Below, one piece after another: positions 7,863 to 18,185 of a DNA stretch of 64,000 nt. The position numbers were made by a program, and so were the translations under genes. The notes under the pieces are model-generated. The model saw nothing but the letters and a program-made list of their open reading frames with translations. It made no database searches and was not told the DNA's origin. Position 1 is the stretch's first letter; the number at the start of each line of letters is the position of its first letter. The DNA comes from an uncultured Chloroflexia bacterium (GTDB lineage: Bacteria; Chloroflexota; Limnocylindria; Limnocylindrales; CSP1-4), in assembly GCA_963819655.1 (NCBI GenBank), contig CAWFXA010000003.1:96001-160000 (forward strand). Direction: 5' to 3'.

Positions 7863-8972
7863 TCAGATGGTCGGGACGCCGACGCCTCCCTCGATGATCG
7901 GATCGGCCGGGTTCGGCACGACGAGGCCAGGCCGGTCCAGTTCGCCTGCGCCACGGCCGCCACCGCGCTCCCACCGGAGACCCTTGCCGGCCGCGACCGC
8001 ATCGGCGTCGATCGAACCGTCGGCGCGTGCGCGCCCCGACACGCCGATCGCCATGTCGACCGTGATGTCGCCGAGGTCGGCGTTGTCGACACCCGCGACG
8101 CGATACGTCGTGTCGGCGTCGACGTGGATGGTCAGGCTGGTGCCGTCACGCCGCGTGATCGTGATCGTATCGGCCGTCTTGGCCGTCACGGTCCCGACAG
8201 CTCGGTCGCCTGCGACCTGGACGTTCAGCGCCGTGATCTGATTGTCGGCGGTCGTGGTGCCCTGCACGCGCACGGGCTGACCATCCTTGACATCGGCCAG
8301 CGTGCCGGTGCCCTGGCCGTATGAATAGGTGGTCGAGCCGTTGACTGTGACGGTCCAGACGGAACCATCGCGCGTGGTCACCTTGAAGCCGGTCGACGTG
8401 ATCGCGCTGGCTGTGCCTTTGACGGTCGGGACGACGACCGCGACGGCGGTGATTGTGTAGCTTCCGTCGGCATTGCGCGTCTGACGGAACCGGACCTGAT
8501 CGCCGACCTTGAGGTCGGATACAGCGATGTCCTGGCCGCCCTTGGTGAGGTCGACCGTGTCGCTGATCGTGATCGTACGGCTCCAGCCGTCGGGGGTCCC
8601 GAGCGTGACGGCGTTGCCGCTGATCGCCGTGATCGTGATCTCTCCGAACCCGTGTCGCCCGAAGCGTCCCTGGGTGAGCTCGCCGGCATCGCCCCAAGCC
8701 GGATCGTTGCCACCGAGGGCGAAGTTCGCGCCTCCGAGCACCGCGTCGCGGCTGGGCGCATCCGCCGCCATCGACGTCGCGGCGGCGATGATGGCGAGGA
8801 CCGCCCCGGCACCGAGCACGAGGCCGATGCGTCGCTTGCTCGGAGCGCCGGTCGTCCCGCTGAACGCAGCGCCGGGGGTCGCGGCGGGCACGGTCGCGGG
8901 CGGCAGGGCGGCCGGATCCAAAGCTGTCGCCTCGCCCGGGGCGACGGCCGGATCGGTCTCGTTGGATGGCAT
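7863..8972 (-). CDS. DUF5666-like repeated OB-fold membrane-anchored protein
   Basis: GTG start with AAAGGAG RBS; TM helix; three repeats such as SDLKVGDQV and LADVKDGQPVRVQG. Confidence 0.8.
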   Translation of the reverse strand: MPSNETDPAVAPGEATALDPAALPPATVPAATPGAAFSGTTGAPSKRRIGLVLGAGAVLAIIAAATSMAADAPSRDAVLGGANFALGGNDPAWGDAGELTQGRFGRHGFGEITITAISGNAVTLGTPDGWSRTITISDTVDLTKGGQDIAVSDLKVGDQVRFRQTRNADGSYTITAVAVVVPTVKGTASAITSTGFKVTTRDGSVWTVTVNGSTTYSYGQGTGTLADVKDGQPVRVQGTTTADNQITALNVQVAGDRAVGTVTAKTADTITITRRDGTSLTIHVDADTTYRVAGVDNADLGDITVDMAIGVSGRARADGSIDADAVAAGKGLRWERGGGRGAGELDRPGLVVPNPADPIIEGGVGVPTI

Positions 8973-9039
8973 CCACGTCTCCTTTGGGTCGGCGCTCGTG
9001 GTCGAGAGTGCTCGACGCTGTCGAGGGTCGCGGCCGTTC

Positions 9040-9056
9040 CTGAGTCAGTCCTGAGA
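9040..9056 (-). promoter_or_regulatory. OmpR/MprA-type tandem repeat operator
   Basis: TCTCAG-N5-ACTCAG (11-bp period) upstream of the DUF5666 gene. Confidence 0.45.
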
Positions 9057-9082
9057 ATCCGCGTATCGCGAATACTTGGTTC

Positions 9083-9772
9083 GTGAATGACGGACGCGAA
9101 CGCGTCACCGCGCTCATCCCGGCGTATCAGGAAGGGCCGCGCATCGCGGCGGTCGTGGAGACCGTGGCGCGGCACCTGCCGGTCGTGGTCGTCGACGACG
9201 GCTCGACCGACGACACCGCAGAGCGTGCCGAGTCAGCCGGCGCGACGGTCCTCCGCCAGGTCCCCAATGCCGGCAAGGGCGCGGCGCTGCGGGCGGGCTT
9301 TCGCGATGCGCTGGCGGCGGGATCGATCGCCGTCGTCACGCTCGATGCGGACGGCCAGCACGACCCCGCCGAGATCCCCGCGTTCCTCGCGGTCTTCCGC
9401 GAACGCCGGCCCGGGTTGATCGTCGGGCGTCGGGATTTCTCCGAGATGCCGCAGGTGCGGCGGGCGTCGAACGTACTCGGCGGAGTCGCCCTGTCCGTGG
9501 CGCTCGGCCGCGACGTGCCCGACAACCAATCCGGCTATCGACTGATCGGCCGCGAGCTCATGCAGGCGATGCTCCCGTCCGAGGAATCGGGCTTCGAGTT
9601 CGAGGTCGAGATGATCGCGCGCTGCATCGCGCTCGGCCTGCCGATCGACTGGGTGCCGATCCGCACGATCTATGCCGGCGAGCCGAGCCATATCCAGCCG
9701 TGGCGGCATTTCAGGGAGTTCCTGCGGGTCACCCGCAAGGCGCGGCGGATCGCCCGCGGTGAGGACGGCTGA
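9083..9772 (+). CDS. Glycosyltransferase family 2 (DPM1-like)
   Basis: LIPAYQE, VVDDGSTD, GKGAAL, TLDADGQH, DNQSGYR. Confidence 0.92.
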   Translation: MNDGRERVTALIPAYQEGPRIAAVVETVARHLPVVVVDDGSTDDTAERAESAGATVLRQVPNAGKGAALRAGFRDALAAGSIAVVTLDADGQHDPAEIPAFLAVFRERRPGLIVGRRDFSEMPQVRRASNVLGGVALSVALGRDVPDNQSGYRLIGRELMQAMLPSEESGFEFEVEMIARCIALGLPIDWVPIRTIYAGEPSHIQPWRHFREFLRVTRKARRIARGEDG

Positions 9773-9775
9773 GGC

Positions 9776-11791
9776 TCAGATACCCTCCGTGTCCTCCCGG
9801 CGATAGGGCACGTTCACCACGACCGTGTGCGGCCGGCCGAGCAGGATCGATCGAAGTCGCTTCGCCGACTGGTTGTAGAGCAGGCGCTCCCACCAGCGGC
9901 GCGCGACGTACTCGGGGATGACCACGAACGTGATGGGTGAGGGCTTGTCCGGCGGCCACGCCAGGTCGAGTACGTCGAGATAGGCGAGCAGCGGACCAGC
10001 GAGCGCGCGGTACGGCGACTCGACGACGACGAGGGGGACACCCGGGACCTGTCGCTCGAACTCCTCGCGCACGCGGCGCGCCTCCTCGGGATCGTCCGAG
10101 ATGAACACGGCCCGGACATCGTCGTCGATCGAGCGGCCCACGTTGATCGCCTGGACGCTCGCCCGGTCGAGTCCCGGGATCGGGACGACGACGCGTTCCT
10201 CGCGCATGGGTGGTTGCACGACGGTGTCGGACTTGACCGCCAGCTCGCGCCGGGATCGGGCGTATTGCCGCGAGATGAACATCATCATCCCGACGAGGAC
10301 GGGGACGAGGATCACGACCAGGTACGCGCCATCGGCGAACTTCTCGAACACGACGATGCCGAGGACGACCGCCGTCAGGACGGCCCCGCCGGCATTGATG
10401 GCCAGGCGCCACCGCCAGCCGCGCTCGCGGACGCGGAGCCAGTGGCGGACCATGCCGCTCTGGCTGAGCGTGAAGCACAGGAAGACACCCACCGAATAGA
10501 GCGGGATCAGGGAATGGGTGTCGCCACCGAATGCCCACAGCAGCCCGAATGCGACGGCCGCCAGCAGCACGATCCCCCAGGAGTAGGCGAGGCGGTCTCC
10601 GCGGAATGCGAACTGGCGGGGCATGTATCCGTCCTCGGCCAGGATCGCGCCGAGGCGCGGGAACGCGTTGAAGCTCGTGTTCGCGGCCAGGAACAGGATC
10701 AGTGCCGTCGCCGCCGCGAACACGTATGCCAGCACCGAGCCCTCACCGAAGGCGACCTGGGCGGCGAGTTGCACGACCGACGGCCCGCCCGGCTCGGTGG
10801 GTCGCAATCCGAACGCGATGGCGACGACCGTGAGGCCGACGAACAGCACGCCCAGCAGCACGGCCATGATCGTCATCGTGTTCGCGGCGTTCTTGGCTTC
10901 CGGGGGCTTGAACGCGGGTACGCCGTTGGCGATCGCTTCGACGCCTGTCAGCGCGACCGAACCCCCGGCGAATGCCTTGAGCAGTAACAGGATCCCGACC
11001 ACTTCGGTACCGAAGGGCACGGCCGTCGGCTCCGATGGGACAGGTGCCGCCGACCCCGTGACGATGCGCCAGCCGCCGATCGCCACGATGGCGAGCGCCA
11101 TGCCGACGAACAGGTACGTCGGGACCGCGAAGATGTTGCCGCTCTCGCGGAGTCCGCGCAGGTTGGCGACCGTGATCAGGCCGATGGACACGAAGGCGAT
11201 CTCGATCCGGAACTCGTAGGCAGCCGGCACGACCGACTGGATCTGGGCGATCGCCGACGCCGTCGACACGGCCACGGTCATGACGTAGTCGATCAGCAGC
11301 GACGCGGCGGCGATCAGGCCGAAGATCGGCGCAAGGTTGGTGCGCGCGACGACGTACGCGCCGCCTCCGTTCGGGTACGCGCGGCACACCTGGCGGTAGG
11401 ACAGCGCGACGACGGCCAGCAGGACGGCGATCGCGATCGAGACCTGGACCGACAGCAGCATCGCCGCCGCTCCGCCCAGGACCAGGACCCGCAGGATCTC
11501 CTCGGTGGCGTAGGCAGACGACGAGATCGCGTCGGAGCTGAAGATGGCGAGTGCCTTCTTCTTGTCGAGGCGCTCCTCGATCTCGGCCTCGCTGGCGAGC
11601 GGTCGCCCGAAGACGATGCCGCGCAGCCGCGCCAGCGCCCTGCCGGTTCGGGTCCGCGGCAACGATGCCGCCTCGCGCGCCACGAGCTGCCCGGGTCCCG
11701 TGTAGCGGAAATAGGGTGCGTGCGGTCGCTCCACACGCACGCGCCGGTCGCCGGCCTTCCGACCTGTAAGCGGCCGCCGTCCTCCGATCAT
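9776..11791 (-). CDS. kimA: APC-superfamily permease, KimA/YdaO-like K+ transporter
   Basis: FSSDAISSSAYATEE, AYPNGGGAY, LTGVEAIANGVP, FPRL...DGYMPRQF, C-terminal ESPYR domain. Confidence 0.82.
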   Translation of the reverse strand: MIGGRRPLTGRKAGDRRVRVERPHAPYFRYTGPGQLVAREAASLPRTRTGRALARLRGIVFGRPLASEAEIEERLDKKKALAIFSSDAISSSAYATEEILRVLVLGGAAAMLLSVQVSIAIAVLLAVVALSYRQVCRAYPNGGGAYVVARTNLAPIFGLIAAASLLIDYVMTVAVSTASAIAQIQSVVPAAYEFRIEIAFVSIGLITVANLRGLRESGNIFAVPTYLFVGMALAIVAIGGWRIVTGSAAPVPSEPTAVPFGTEVVGILLLLKAFAGGSVALTGVEAIANGVPAFKPPEAKNAANTMTIMAVLLGVLFVGLTVVAIAFGLRPTEPGGPSVVQLAAQVAFGEGSVLAYVFAAATALILFLAANTSFNAFPRLGAILAEDGYMPRQFAFRGDRLAYSWGIVLLAAVAFGLLWAFGGDTHSLIPLYSVGVFLCFTLSQSGMVRHWLRVRERGWRWRLAINAGGAVLTAVVLGIVVFEKFADGAYLVVILVPVLVGMMMFISRQYARSRRELAVKSDTVVQPPMREERVVVPIPGLDRASVQAINVGRSIDDDVRAVFISDDPEEARRVREEFERQVPGVPLVVVESPYRALAGPLLAYLDVLDLAWPPDKPSPITFVVIPEYVARRWWERLLYNQSAKRLRSILLGRPHTVVVNVPYRREDTEGI

Positions 11792-11920
11792 CGCTAGAGG
11801 CTCGGTCGCCGAGACCGGTGGCGGATGATGACTATCGGTCGTACAGGACCGATCAGAACGGCTGGCACGGTCATACGGTGCCACGTTGGCGCATGGGCGA
11901 TGTCGTCAGTCCGTGCGGAC

Positions 11921-11938
11921 CGCTCAACGATCGCTCAA
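11921..11938 (-). promoter_or_regulatory. Direct repeat TTGAGCG-N4-TTGAGCG, candidate response-regulator site
   Basis: 11-bp period upstream of the kimA-like gene; second copy at 12333-12350. Confidence 0.5.
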
Positions 11939-12032
11939 TACCTCGACCTGGTCATCTCCTACGCGGCGCGACGACACGGGACTTCAGCCATGTGTCGGCC
12001 GTCGGCCGACCCTGCCAGGAGGCATGGTGACG

Positions 12033-12278
12033 CTAGTCCGTCGGCCCGAAGATCAGGCGTGTGGCCCCGCCCGCGCGGTCAACTCGGAAGGCGATGCCAC
12101 CTTGTTGGGCGCGGGCTAATGCGATGGAGGCGGCCGCGTCCGGCGCATTCAGACCGACGAGTCGAACGCGGACCGCTGCGCCACGCGCCACGAGCGCGAT
12201 CGCGACGTCGATCTCTCGGAGGTCGATGTCCAGAGGATCCTCCGCACGGGGCAGGAGGAAGAGGCCCGCGGTATCCAT
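12033..12278 (-). CDS. Small hypothetical protein (81 aa)
   Basis: TACGTT -10 6 nt before ATG; protein-like alpha/beta pattern. Confidence 0.7.
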   Translation of the reverse strand: MDTAGLFLLPRAEDPLDIDLREIDVAIALVARGAAVRVRLVGLNAPDAAASIALARAQQGGIAFRVDRAGGATRLIFGPTD

Positions 12279-12332
12279 GCTTCAAACGTAATCCGGGGTC
12301 CAAGAAGGACAGCGGTCGTGGCCCGGTCAGAC

Positions 12333-12350
12333 CACTCAAAGCTCGCTCAA
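12333..12350 (-). promoter_or_regulatory. Direct repeat TTGAGCG-N4-TTGAGTG, candidate response-regulator site
   Basis: Same motif as 11921-11938, upstream of the 81-aa gene promoter. Confidence 0.45.
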
Positions 12351-13061
12351 CGCCTCGTGGCAGGATCGCCGATTCGGTAGCCGATCCCCGGTTCGGCGGT
12401 GATCAACCCGTCGGCACTCCCGCTCGGATCCGCCGCGTGCGAGCTTGCGGCGCAATCGGGACACGTAGACGTGCAGGTAGTGTCCCTCGTCCGTGTAGGC
12501 CGTCCCCCACACCGCGCGCAGCAACCGGCCCTTCGTCAGCAGGCGACCGGGCTGGGCGATCATGACCTTGAGCAGCTCGTACTCACGCGGCGTGAGCTCG
12601 ACCTGTGTCCCGTTGACCGTCACGCGGCGCGCAGCGACGTCGACCGACACAGGCCCCAACGTCACGACGCCACCCTGGTCGGCCGCAGGCCCGGCCGCCC
12701 GCCGGAGCACCGCGCCGATGCGGGCGCGCAGCTCGTCCATGCCGAACGGTTTCGTGACGTAGTCATCGGCGCCGGCTTCGAGCGTCGCGACCTTGACTCG
12801 CTCGTCAGTCCGCGCCGACAGGATCAGGATCGGCGTCGTGGCATCCCGCCGAACGTGTCGGACGACGGTGGCTCCGTCGAGGTCGGGCAGACCGAGGTCC
12901 AGCAGGATCAGGTCGGGTCGTTCGGCATCCCAGCGCCGGAGCGCTTCCGCGACGGTCCCGCTGGTCGCCACCCGGAAGCCATGGCCTTCGAGATTCCGAG
13001 CGACGGCGTCTCTGGTGGCCCCATCGTCCTCGACCAGCAGGATGCGCGCCATCGGCGTCAT
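12347..13061 (-). CDS. kdpE: KdpE-like OmpR-family response regulator, apparent frameshift near 12439
   Basis: ILLVEDD, LDLGLPD, GADDYVTKPF, YLHVYVSRLRRKL; conserved tail ITAEPGIGYR lies in a shifted frame ending at TGA 12347. Confidence 0.85.
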
Positions 13062-14624
13062 CGATCGGGATCCGCCGGAGCCTGGCGGAGTGTGACGATG
13101 ACCGCCAGACCTCCGATCGATGCGGGCGCCGCCGCGACCTGGCCGCCCATCGACTCGACGAGCCCACGCACCACGCTGAGCCCGATCCCGAGTCCCCGTC
13201 GGGATCCCTCCGGTCGCGACGTCGCCCGCTTGAAGCGCTCGAAAAGCGACGAGAGCTGCTCGGTCGACACGCCCGCCCCGCCGTCCTCGATCGTGAGGGT
13301 CACCGTAGCCTCGTCGCCCGAGGTCGGGGCCGAGGCCGCCGAGATGGCGATGGCCGCGTCGTCGGGCGTGTGGGCCACGACGTTGTCGAGCAGGTTCGTC
13401 ACGACGAGGTCGAGCAGGACGGCGTCGGCGAGGACCGCCGGGAGGCTGTCCGGGATCGAGATCGTGATGGGGCGGGCACCCAGGCTCGGCCGCATGCGGT
13501 CGACGACAGGTTCGACGACCGCCCACAGCTCGTGGGGCTCGAGATCGGGGTGGATCGCGCCGGACGCGATGCGGCTCAGGTCGAGCACACCGCCGACGAG
13601 ACGATCGAGCCGGGTCGCTTCGGCGTCGATCACGAGCGCGGCCGCGCGCGAGGCCTCCTCGCTCCAGGCGACCTCGGGATCGGCCAGTCCGCCGGCCGTC
13701 GCACGGATGCTCGCGAGCGGCGTGCGGAGGTCGTGCGAGACCGAATCGATCAATGCGGTCTTGAGGGCATCGGTCTGGCGGGCGACCTCGAGCTCCGTGC
13801 GGGTCTGGCGGAGCTGATCCCGGCGGAGCGAGACCGCGATCTGGTCGGCCGCGAGCGCGAGCACACGCGTCTCGACGCGGTTCGGATCGCCGTGCGCTCG
13901 GTCGCGCGATCCGATGAGCGTCCCGAGCCCCACGGCATCGGCCTCGATGCGGACGCGGTACTGGGGATGGTCGGCCGCCGACGGCCCCGGCCGCCGGTCT
14001 CCTGTATGGGTGCGGATCCAGTGCGCCGGCTCGTCGCCTGGCGTTCGCACGAGGTTCGACGTGATGCTCGGGGTCGGCGGCGCGGGACCCTCCCCGGTGT
14101 CGGCGAGGAGCCGCTCGGCGCTCGTGGGGCCCGCGAGGATCCAGACGCGGTCCATGCCCGCCGCGCCACGCACGCGTGCCGCGATCTCCCCGGCGGCCTC
14201 GGCGGTCGATGCGGCCGTCGCCAGCGATCGACTGAGGGCGAACAGGGTGTTGGCTTCCTCGGCTCCGCGGGCGGCCTCGTCGGCGCGGGCGTGCTGGGTC
14301 GCGACGAGCCTCCCGATCGCGAGCGCTACGAACAGGAACAGCACGAGATCGAGCAGCTCGCGCGGGTCGGCGACGGCCAGTGAGAAGCGTGGGTTCGTGA
14401 ACAGGAAGTCGTAGGTGAGGAACGCGGCGATCGCCGTGGCAACCGCCGGCGCCGTGCCAGCGACGGCGCCCACCGCGACGACCGCCACGAGGTAGACGGG
14501 CGACGCGTCGTCGATGCCGACGAGATCGCCCTCGAGCACGGCGACGATGAGCGTCGTGATCGCGAGCGACCCGAGCGCCGAGCATGACGACCGCCGCCGT
14601 GCCTCGCCAGCTCGGGGTGGCCAT
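13058..14624 (-). CDS. DUF4118 sensor histidine kinase (short KdpD-like), apparent frameshift near 14578
   Basis: YDFLFTNPRFSL (DUF4118), GAF-like region, SVSHDLRTPL H-box, NLLDN, DGGAG, GLGIGL; ATG at 14624 (MATPSW...) is out of frame with the body. Confidence 0.85.
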
Positions 14625-14842
14625 GGCCGACCGACGAGACCCGATCGGGATCGATGGCGAGAGGCGCACGCGCTGATGGTAGGCCGAGGGCGAGTCTGGT
14701 ACTGGCGGGTATCCCAAAGTACGGCTTGGAGCGACCGGGCCCGCACCCCTACTGTCTGGCACGCAGCGGTCACGACCCTACCCCTGAGTACCCCAGGGGA
14801 CCGGAGCCGCCGAGAAGTGCGCAGAACGAGGCAACCTGACAA

Positions 14843-15037
14843 ATGGCATCGATGGCCGTCAACGAACTGGGACCGATGCTCACCGCGACCGAGGTCGCCG
14901 AGATGCTCCACCTGCACGTCAACACGGTGAAGCGCCTGGGCGACCGCGGCGAGCTGCCGTTCTATCGCGTCTGCAAGCGGGGCGATCGCCGCTTCCGCCT
15001 CGACGACGTGATGAAGTTCCTGGCCCAGAACCGCTAA
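14843..15037 (+). CDS. Excisionase/MerR-like small helix-turn-helix protein
   Basis: MLTATEVAEMLHLHVNTVKRL...GELPFYRV...GDRRF. Confidence 0.88.
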   Translation: MASMAVNELGPMLTATEVAEMLHLHVNTVKRLGDRGELPFYRVCKRGDRRFRLDDVMKFLAQNR

Positions 15038-15146
15038 GCACGACCGATCGTCGGTGGCGGTCCGCGCCGCCGGCGCGTCTCGATCTCGTCGCCTTCCTTG
15101 AGCGCCCGGTCCCTCCCCGGGCGCTCGTCTCATCCCCGGGGGATAT

Positions 15147-15182
15147 GAAGAGGCCCGCCGGCTGCAGCCGGCGGGCCTCTTT
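15147..15182. terminator. Bidirectional intrinsic terminator
   Basis: AAGAGGCCCGCCGGC-TGCA-GCCGGCGGGCCTCTT between convergent genes. Confidence 0.85.
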
Positions 15183-15203
15183 CGTATCGCTGACGTGGGT
15201 GCG

Positions 15204-18185
15204 TCAGGGTCTGTTGTCGACGTTGACGATGGTGCGGCCCATGAGGCCGCTCGGACCGGTGTGCGACACCGCGCCGATGAACCAGTCCCCGATGGCGCCG
15301 CTCGTGATGCCGGACCAGCCGGCCACGACGGTCCCGACCGTCCCGATCGTCGCGGACGTCGGGGCCGACGTGATCGACAGGCTCCCACCGCCCGCGGCGG
15401 CTGGCACAGCCCACGTCCACATGTGGTAATCGGAATCGCCACCTGGCGCGGACCAGCCGTGGACATAGACCTTCCAGATCCCGTTGGCCGGGTTCGGGAT
15501 GTCGATCAGCTCATCGGTCCCTCCAGCGGTGCTGGAGGCGACCATGACGTTGCTCGGGTTGAACACGTAGATGTCCAGGTCGGCAGCCGCCTCGGTCGCG
15601 TCGGGAGGCATCGCGATGCGGAAGTGTCCGGCGCCAGACAGGGTGAACTCGTGCAGGTTCGCTCCGCCGGTGCCCACGTCAGCCGGTGCGAACGTCTGGT
15701 TGGCGTCCTGCTTGACGTTAGCGGTCGTCACGGTCGCGGCGACGAGCCCGTGGGCTGACGCCGCGTACGAGCCGGTGTACCCGAACTCGACCGGGATGTT
15801 CACGGACCCACTCGTGCCGATGCCCGCGACTTCCTCCGGCGCGTCGAACAACGCACCGCGCACGGCCAGCGGGCTGCGGACCGTGTAGTCGTCGCCCTTC
15901 CACGTGAGCGATCCGAACCGCCACTCGCCGATCGGCGCGCTGACGTTGGTGACCGTCACGGTGAATGTCCTCGACTCGCCGCGGCGGATGGTGAACGTCG
16001 ACGGCGAGACCGTCACGGTATAGCCGGTCGGGGCCTGGACGTTCGCCTTGTAGGTCACCTTGGCGTTGCCGTTCGTGACGCTGGTCACGGTCCGGGTGAT
16101 GGTCTGACTGCCGGCGACCTCGGAGATGCCGATGGACGGCAGGTTGAGGTCGACGGGCGCACTCGGCACGCCGAGTCCGTCGAGGAAGTCGCAGCTGCCA
16201 GGGGTGAAGACGCCCCAGTCCATGCCGCAGGTGAAGGCCGCGTATTCGAAGAGGCCTGCGTCATAGACGAGCCCGGGCTGCGAAACGGAGCCCTTGCCCC
16301 ATTTGCCGCCGGGTCGGACATGACCTGCGCCCATATCGAACGGGTCGGCCTGACTGGTCCGGTCGTTGTCGCGGACCTTCTGATGGGCGGTCGTCATGAG
16401 GGCGGACTTCGCCGCCGCTGCCGACCACTCCGGGTGGGCCTGCTTGAGGAGGGCGAACAGGCCGGCCACGTGCGGGCTCGACATCGAGGTCCCCGCGATG
16501 GCCTGGAACAGTTCGCCCGGCGGCGTGCCCGCGTCCGGGAACGGCGAGTTGCCGGCCAGGATCTGGATGCCCGGCGCGGTCACGTCGGGCTTGATGACAT
16601 CGGGCGCGACGGCGTTCGGGCCGCGCGACGAGAAGATCGTCATGGTCGGGGCGTTCGGCCACGTCGATGTGCGTGGTTCGCCGCCGGAGCGCGTGTCGAT
16701 CCGCGCCGTCGGGCTGGTGGTCGATGCGATGTACGCCTTGACCGCCAGGCCCGGCGTGTTGTCGAGGTGGACGGACGGCACCCAGTGGGGGTCCGTGAAG
16801 AGGTTGTCGACGTTGTTGGTGTTGTACTGGACCATCCCGACGCCACCGGCGTCGAAGACGGCCTGGCTCTTCGCGATGCGGCCGACGACGCCACGGATGC
16901 AGAGCACGATCTTCCCGGTCACCTTGGCCGGGTCGAGCTTGCCCGGCTCGCAGATGTCGCTGCCGGCGGCAGCCGCATCGACGAGCGCGGTCGTGCCGAT
17001 GCTCGGCGTCAGGGAGGCGCCGTTGTAATGGGCGCCGTTGCCCAGGGTGACCACACCCTCGAAGAAGCGGCTCTGGGTGCTCGCGCCGACGCTCGTGACC
17101 CACGGCATCGTGGCTGGGTTGCCGAGGGTCGATATGCCGGGGCCGGAGTTGCCGGCCGACGTGGCAGTGAACACGCCAGCCTCAGCCGCGAACAGGAAGG
17201 CGATCTCGTCGGCACTCGGCAGCCCGGCGCCGCCGCCGATCGAGTAATTGATGACGTCGACGCCGTCGAGGACGGCCTGGTCGATCGCCGCCGCGAGGTC
17301 CGATGTGAAGCCGCCGAGGTTGCCGAGGCCCTTGTAGGCGATGACGTGAGCTCGCGGCGCGATGCCCGAGATCGTCGCGGCGGGCAATCCGAACGCGGTC
17401 GCGTTGACGTCGGCGTTGCCGGCGGAGGTCGATGCGGTGTGGGTGCCATGGCCGCTGTCGTCGCGCGCGGAATCGAACTCGTCGGCCGCAGCCCCGAGCA
17501 CGGCGCGATAGGTGGCCAGCATCTGGCGCGCGCCGATCAGCTTGTTGTTGCAGGCGAACGCCGCGTCGTTGGGATTGTGGGCGGTGTTCCCGAACTGGCA
17601 CGGGAGCGGGCCGGTCGGGGGAGCCGCGTAGCTCCCGTCGTCGTCGAATGACGGGTGCTCTGGCCAGATCCCGGTGTCGATGACACCGACGACCACGCCC
17701 TCGCCCGTGAAGCCGCGGTCGTATGCGCCGCTGTCGACCGTCAGACCCATGAACTCGGGGCTGCTGTCGGTCTGCGGCTGGCGCATCACGTCATCGAGGA
17801 CGCGCATGACGCCCTTCTGCAGCTTGATGGCGGCGACTTGCGTCGGCGTCAGCAGGGCCGCATAGCCGTTGAGCGCGACCGTGTAGTCGTGCAGCTTGTT
17901 CTTGGCAGCGACCTTGGCCTGGCTCAGCGACTTGTCGTGAACCGTGCGCAGGAAGGTCTGGTACTTGAGGACGGCGGCGTCGCGCCGATCCAGCTTCTTA
18001 CCGGGGACCGCCTTCGTCGGCGCGAGCCCGGCGACACCGCCGTCGTACGCCGCGACGGGGTTCGCGGCCATGACGACGACGTAGGGTTTGGCGCTTTCCT
18101 GCGCCAGCACGGGAGCCGCCGCCGGCATCGCCAGCGCGACGGCCACGATCAGAGCAAAGAACCGAAGCAGCCTCGTTCGCCGCAT
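15204..18185 (-). CDS. Secreted S8 subtilase (I9 propeptide, PA domain, Fn3-like and PPC-like C-terminus)
   Basis: Signal peptide; VIDTGI, GHGTHTAST, GTSMSSPHVAG triad; GGAGGAG RBS. Confidence 0.95.
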   Translation of the reverse strand: MRRTRLLRFFALIVAVALAMPAAAPVLAQESAKPYVVVMAANPVAAYDGGVAGLAPTKAVPGKKLDRRDAAVLKYQTFLRTVHDKSLSQAKVAAKNKLHDYTVALNGYAALLTPTQVAAIKLQKGVMRVLDDVMRQPQTDSSPEFMGLTVDSGAYDRGFTGEGVVVGVIDTGIWPEHPSFDDDGSYAAPPTGPLPCQFGNTAHNPNDAAFACNNKLIGARQMLATYRAVLGAAADEFDSARDDSGHGTHTASTSAGNADVNATAFGLPAATISGIAPRAHVIAYKGLGNLGGFTSDLAAAIDQAVLDGVDVINYSIGGGAGLPSADEIAFLFAAEAGVFTATSAGNSGPGISTLGNPATMPWVTSVGASTQSRFFEGVVTLGNGAHYNGASLTPSIGTTALVDAAAAGSDICEPGKLDPAKVTGKIVLCIRGVVGRIAKSQAVFDAGGVGMVQYNTNNVDNLFTDPHWVPSVHLDNTPGLAVKAYIASTTSPTARIDTRSGGEPRTSTWPNAPTMTIFSSRGPNAVAPDVIKPDVTAPGIQILAGNSPFPDAGTPPGELFQAIAGTSMSSPHVAGLFALLKQAHPEWSAAAAKSALMTTAHQKVRDNDRTSQADPFDMGAGHVRPGGKWGKGSVSQPGLVYDAGLFEYAAFTCGMDWGVFTPGSCDFLDGLGVPSAPVDLNLPSIGISEVAGSQTITRTVTSVTNGNAKVTYKANVQAPTGYTVTVSPSTFTIRRGESRTFTVTVTNVSAPIGEWRFGSLTWKGDDYTVRSPLAVRGALFDAPEEVAGIGTSGSVNIPVEFGYTGSYAASAHGLVAATVTTANVKQDANQTFAPADVGTGGANLHEFTLSGAGHFRIAMPPDATEAAADLDIYVFNPSNVMVASSTAGGTDELIDIPNPANGIWKVYVHGWSAPGGDSDYHMWTWAVPAAAGGGSLSITSAPTSATIGTVGTVVAGWSGITSGAIGDWFIGAVSHTGPSGLMGRTIVNVDNRP

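Noticed and set aside
11792-12032. c-di-AMP (ydaO) riboswitch upstream of kimA
   Set aside because: Conserved GCTGAATCC...GGGGGA...CCCGNCAGCTAAC elements not found
7455-15037. tRNA-anchored prophage or island suggested by the excisionase-like HTH
   Set aside because: No integrase, no duplicated tRNA 3' end noticed, no compositional shift; such HTH genes are common as stand-alone regulators
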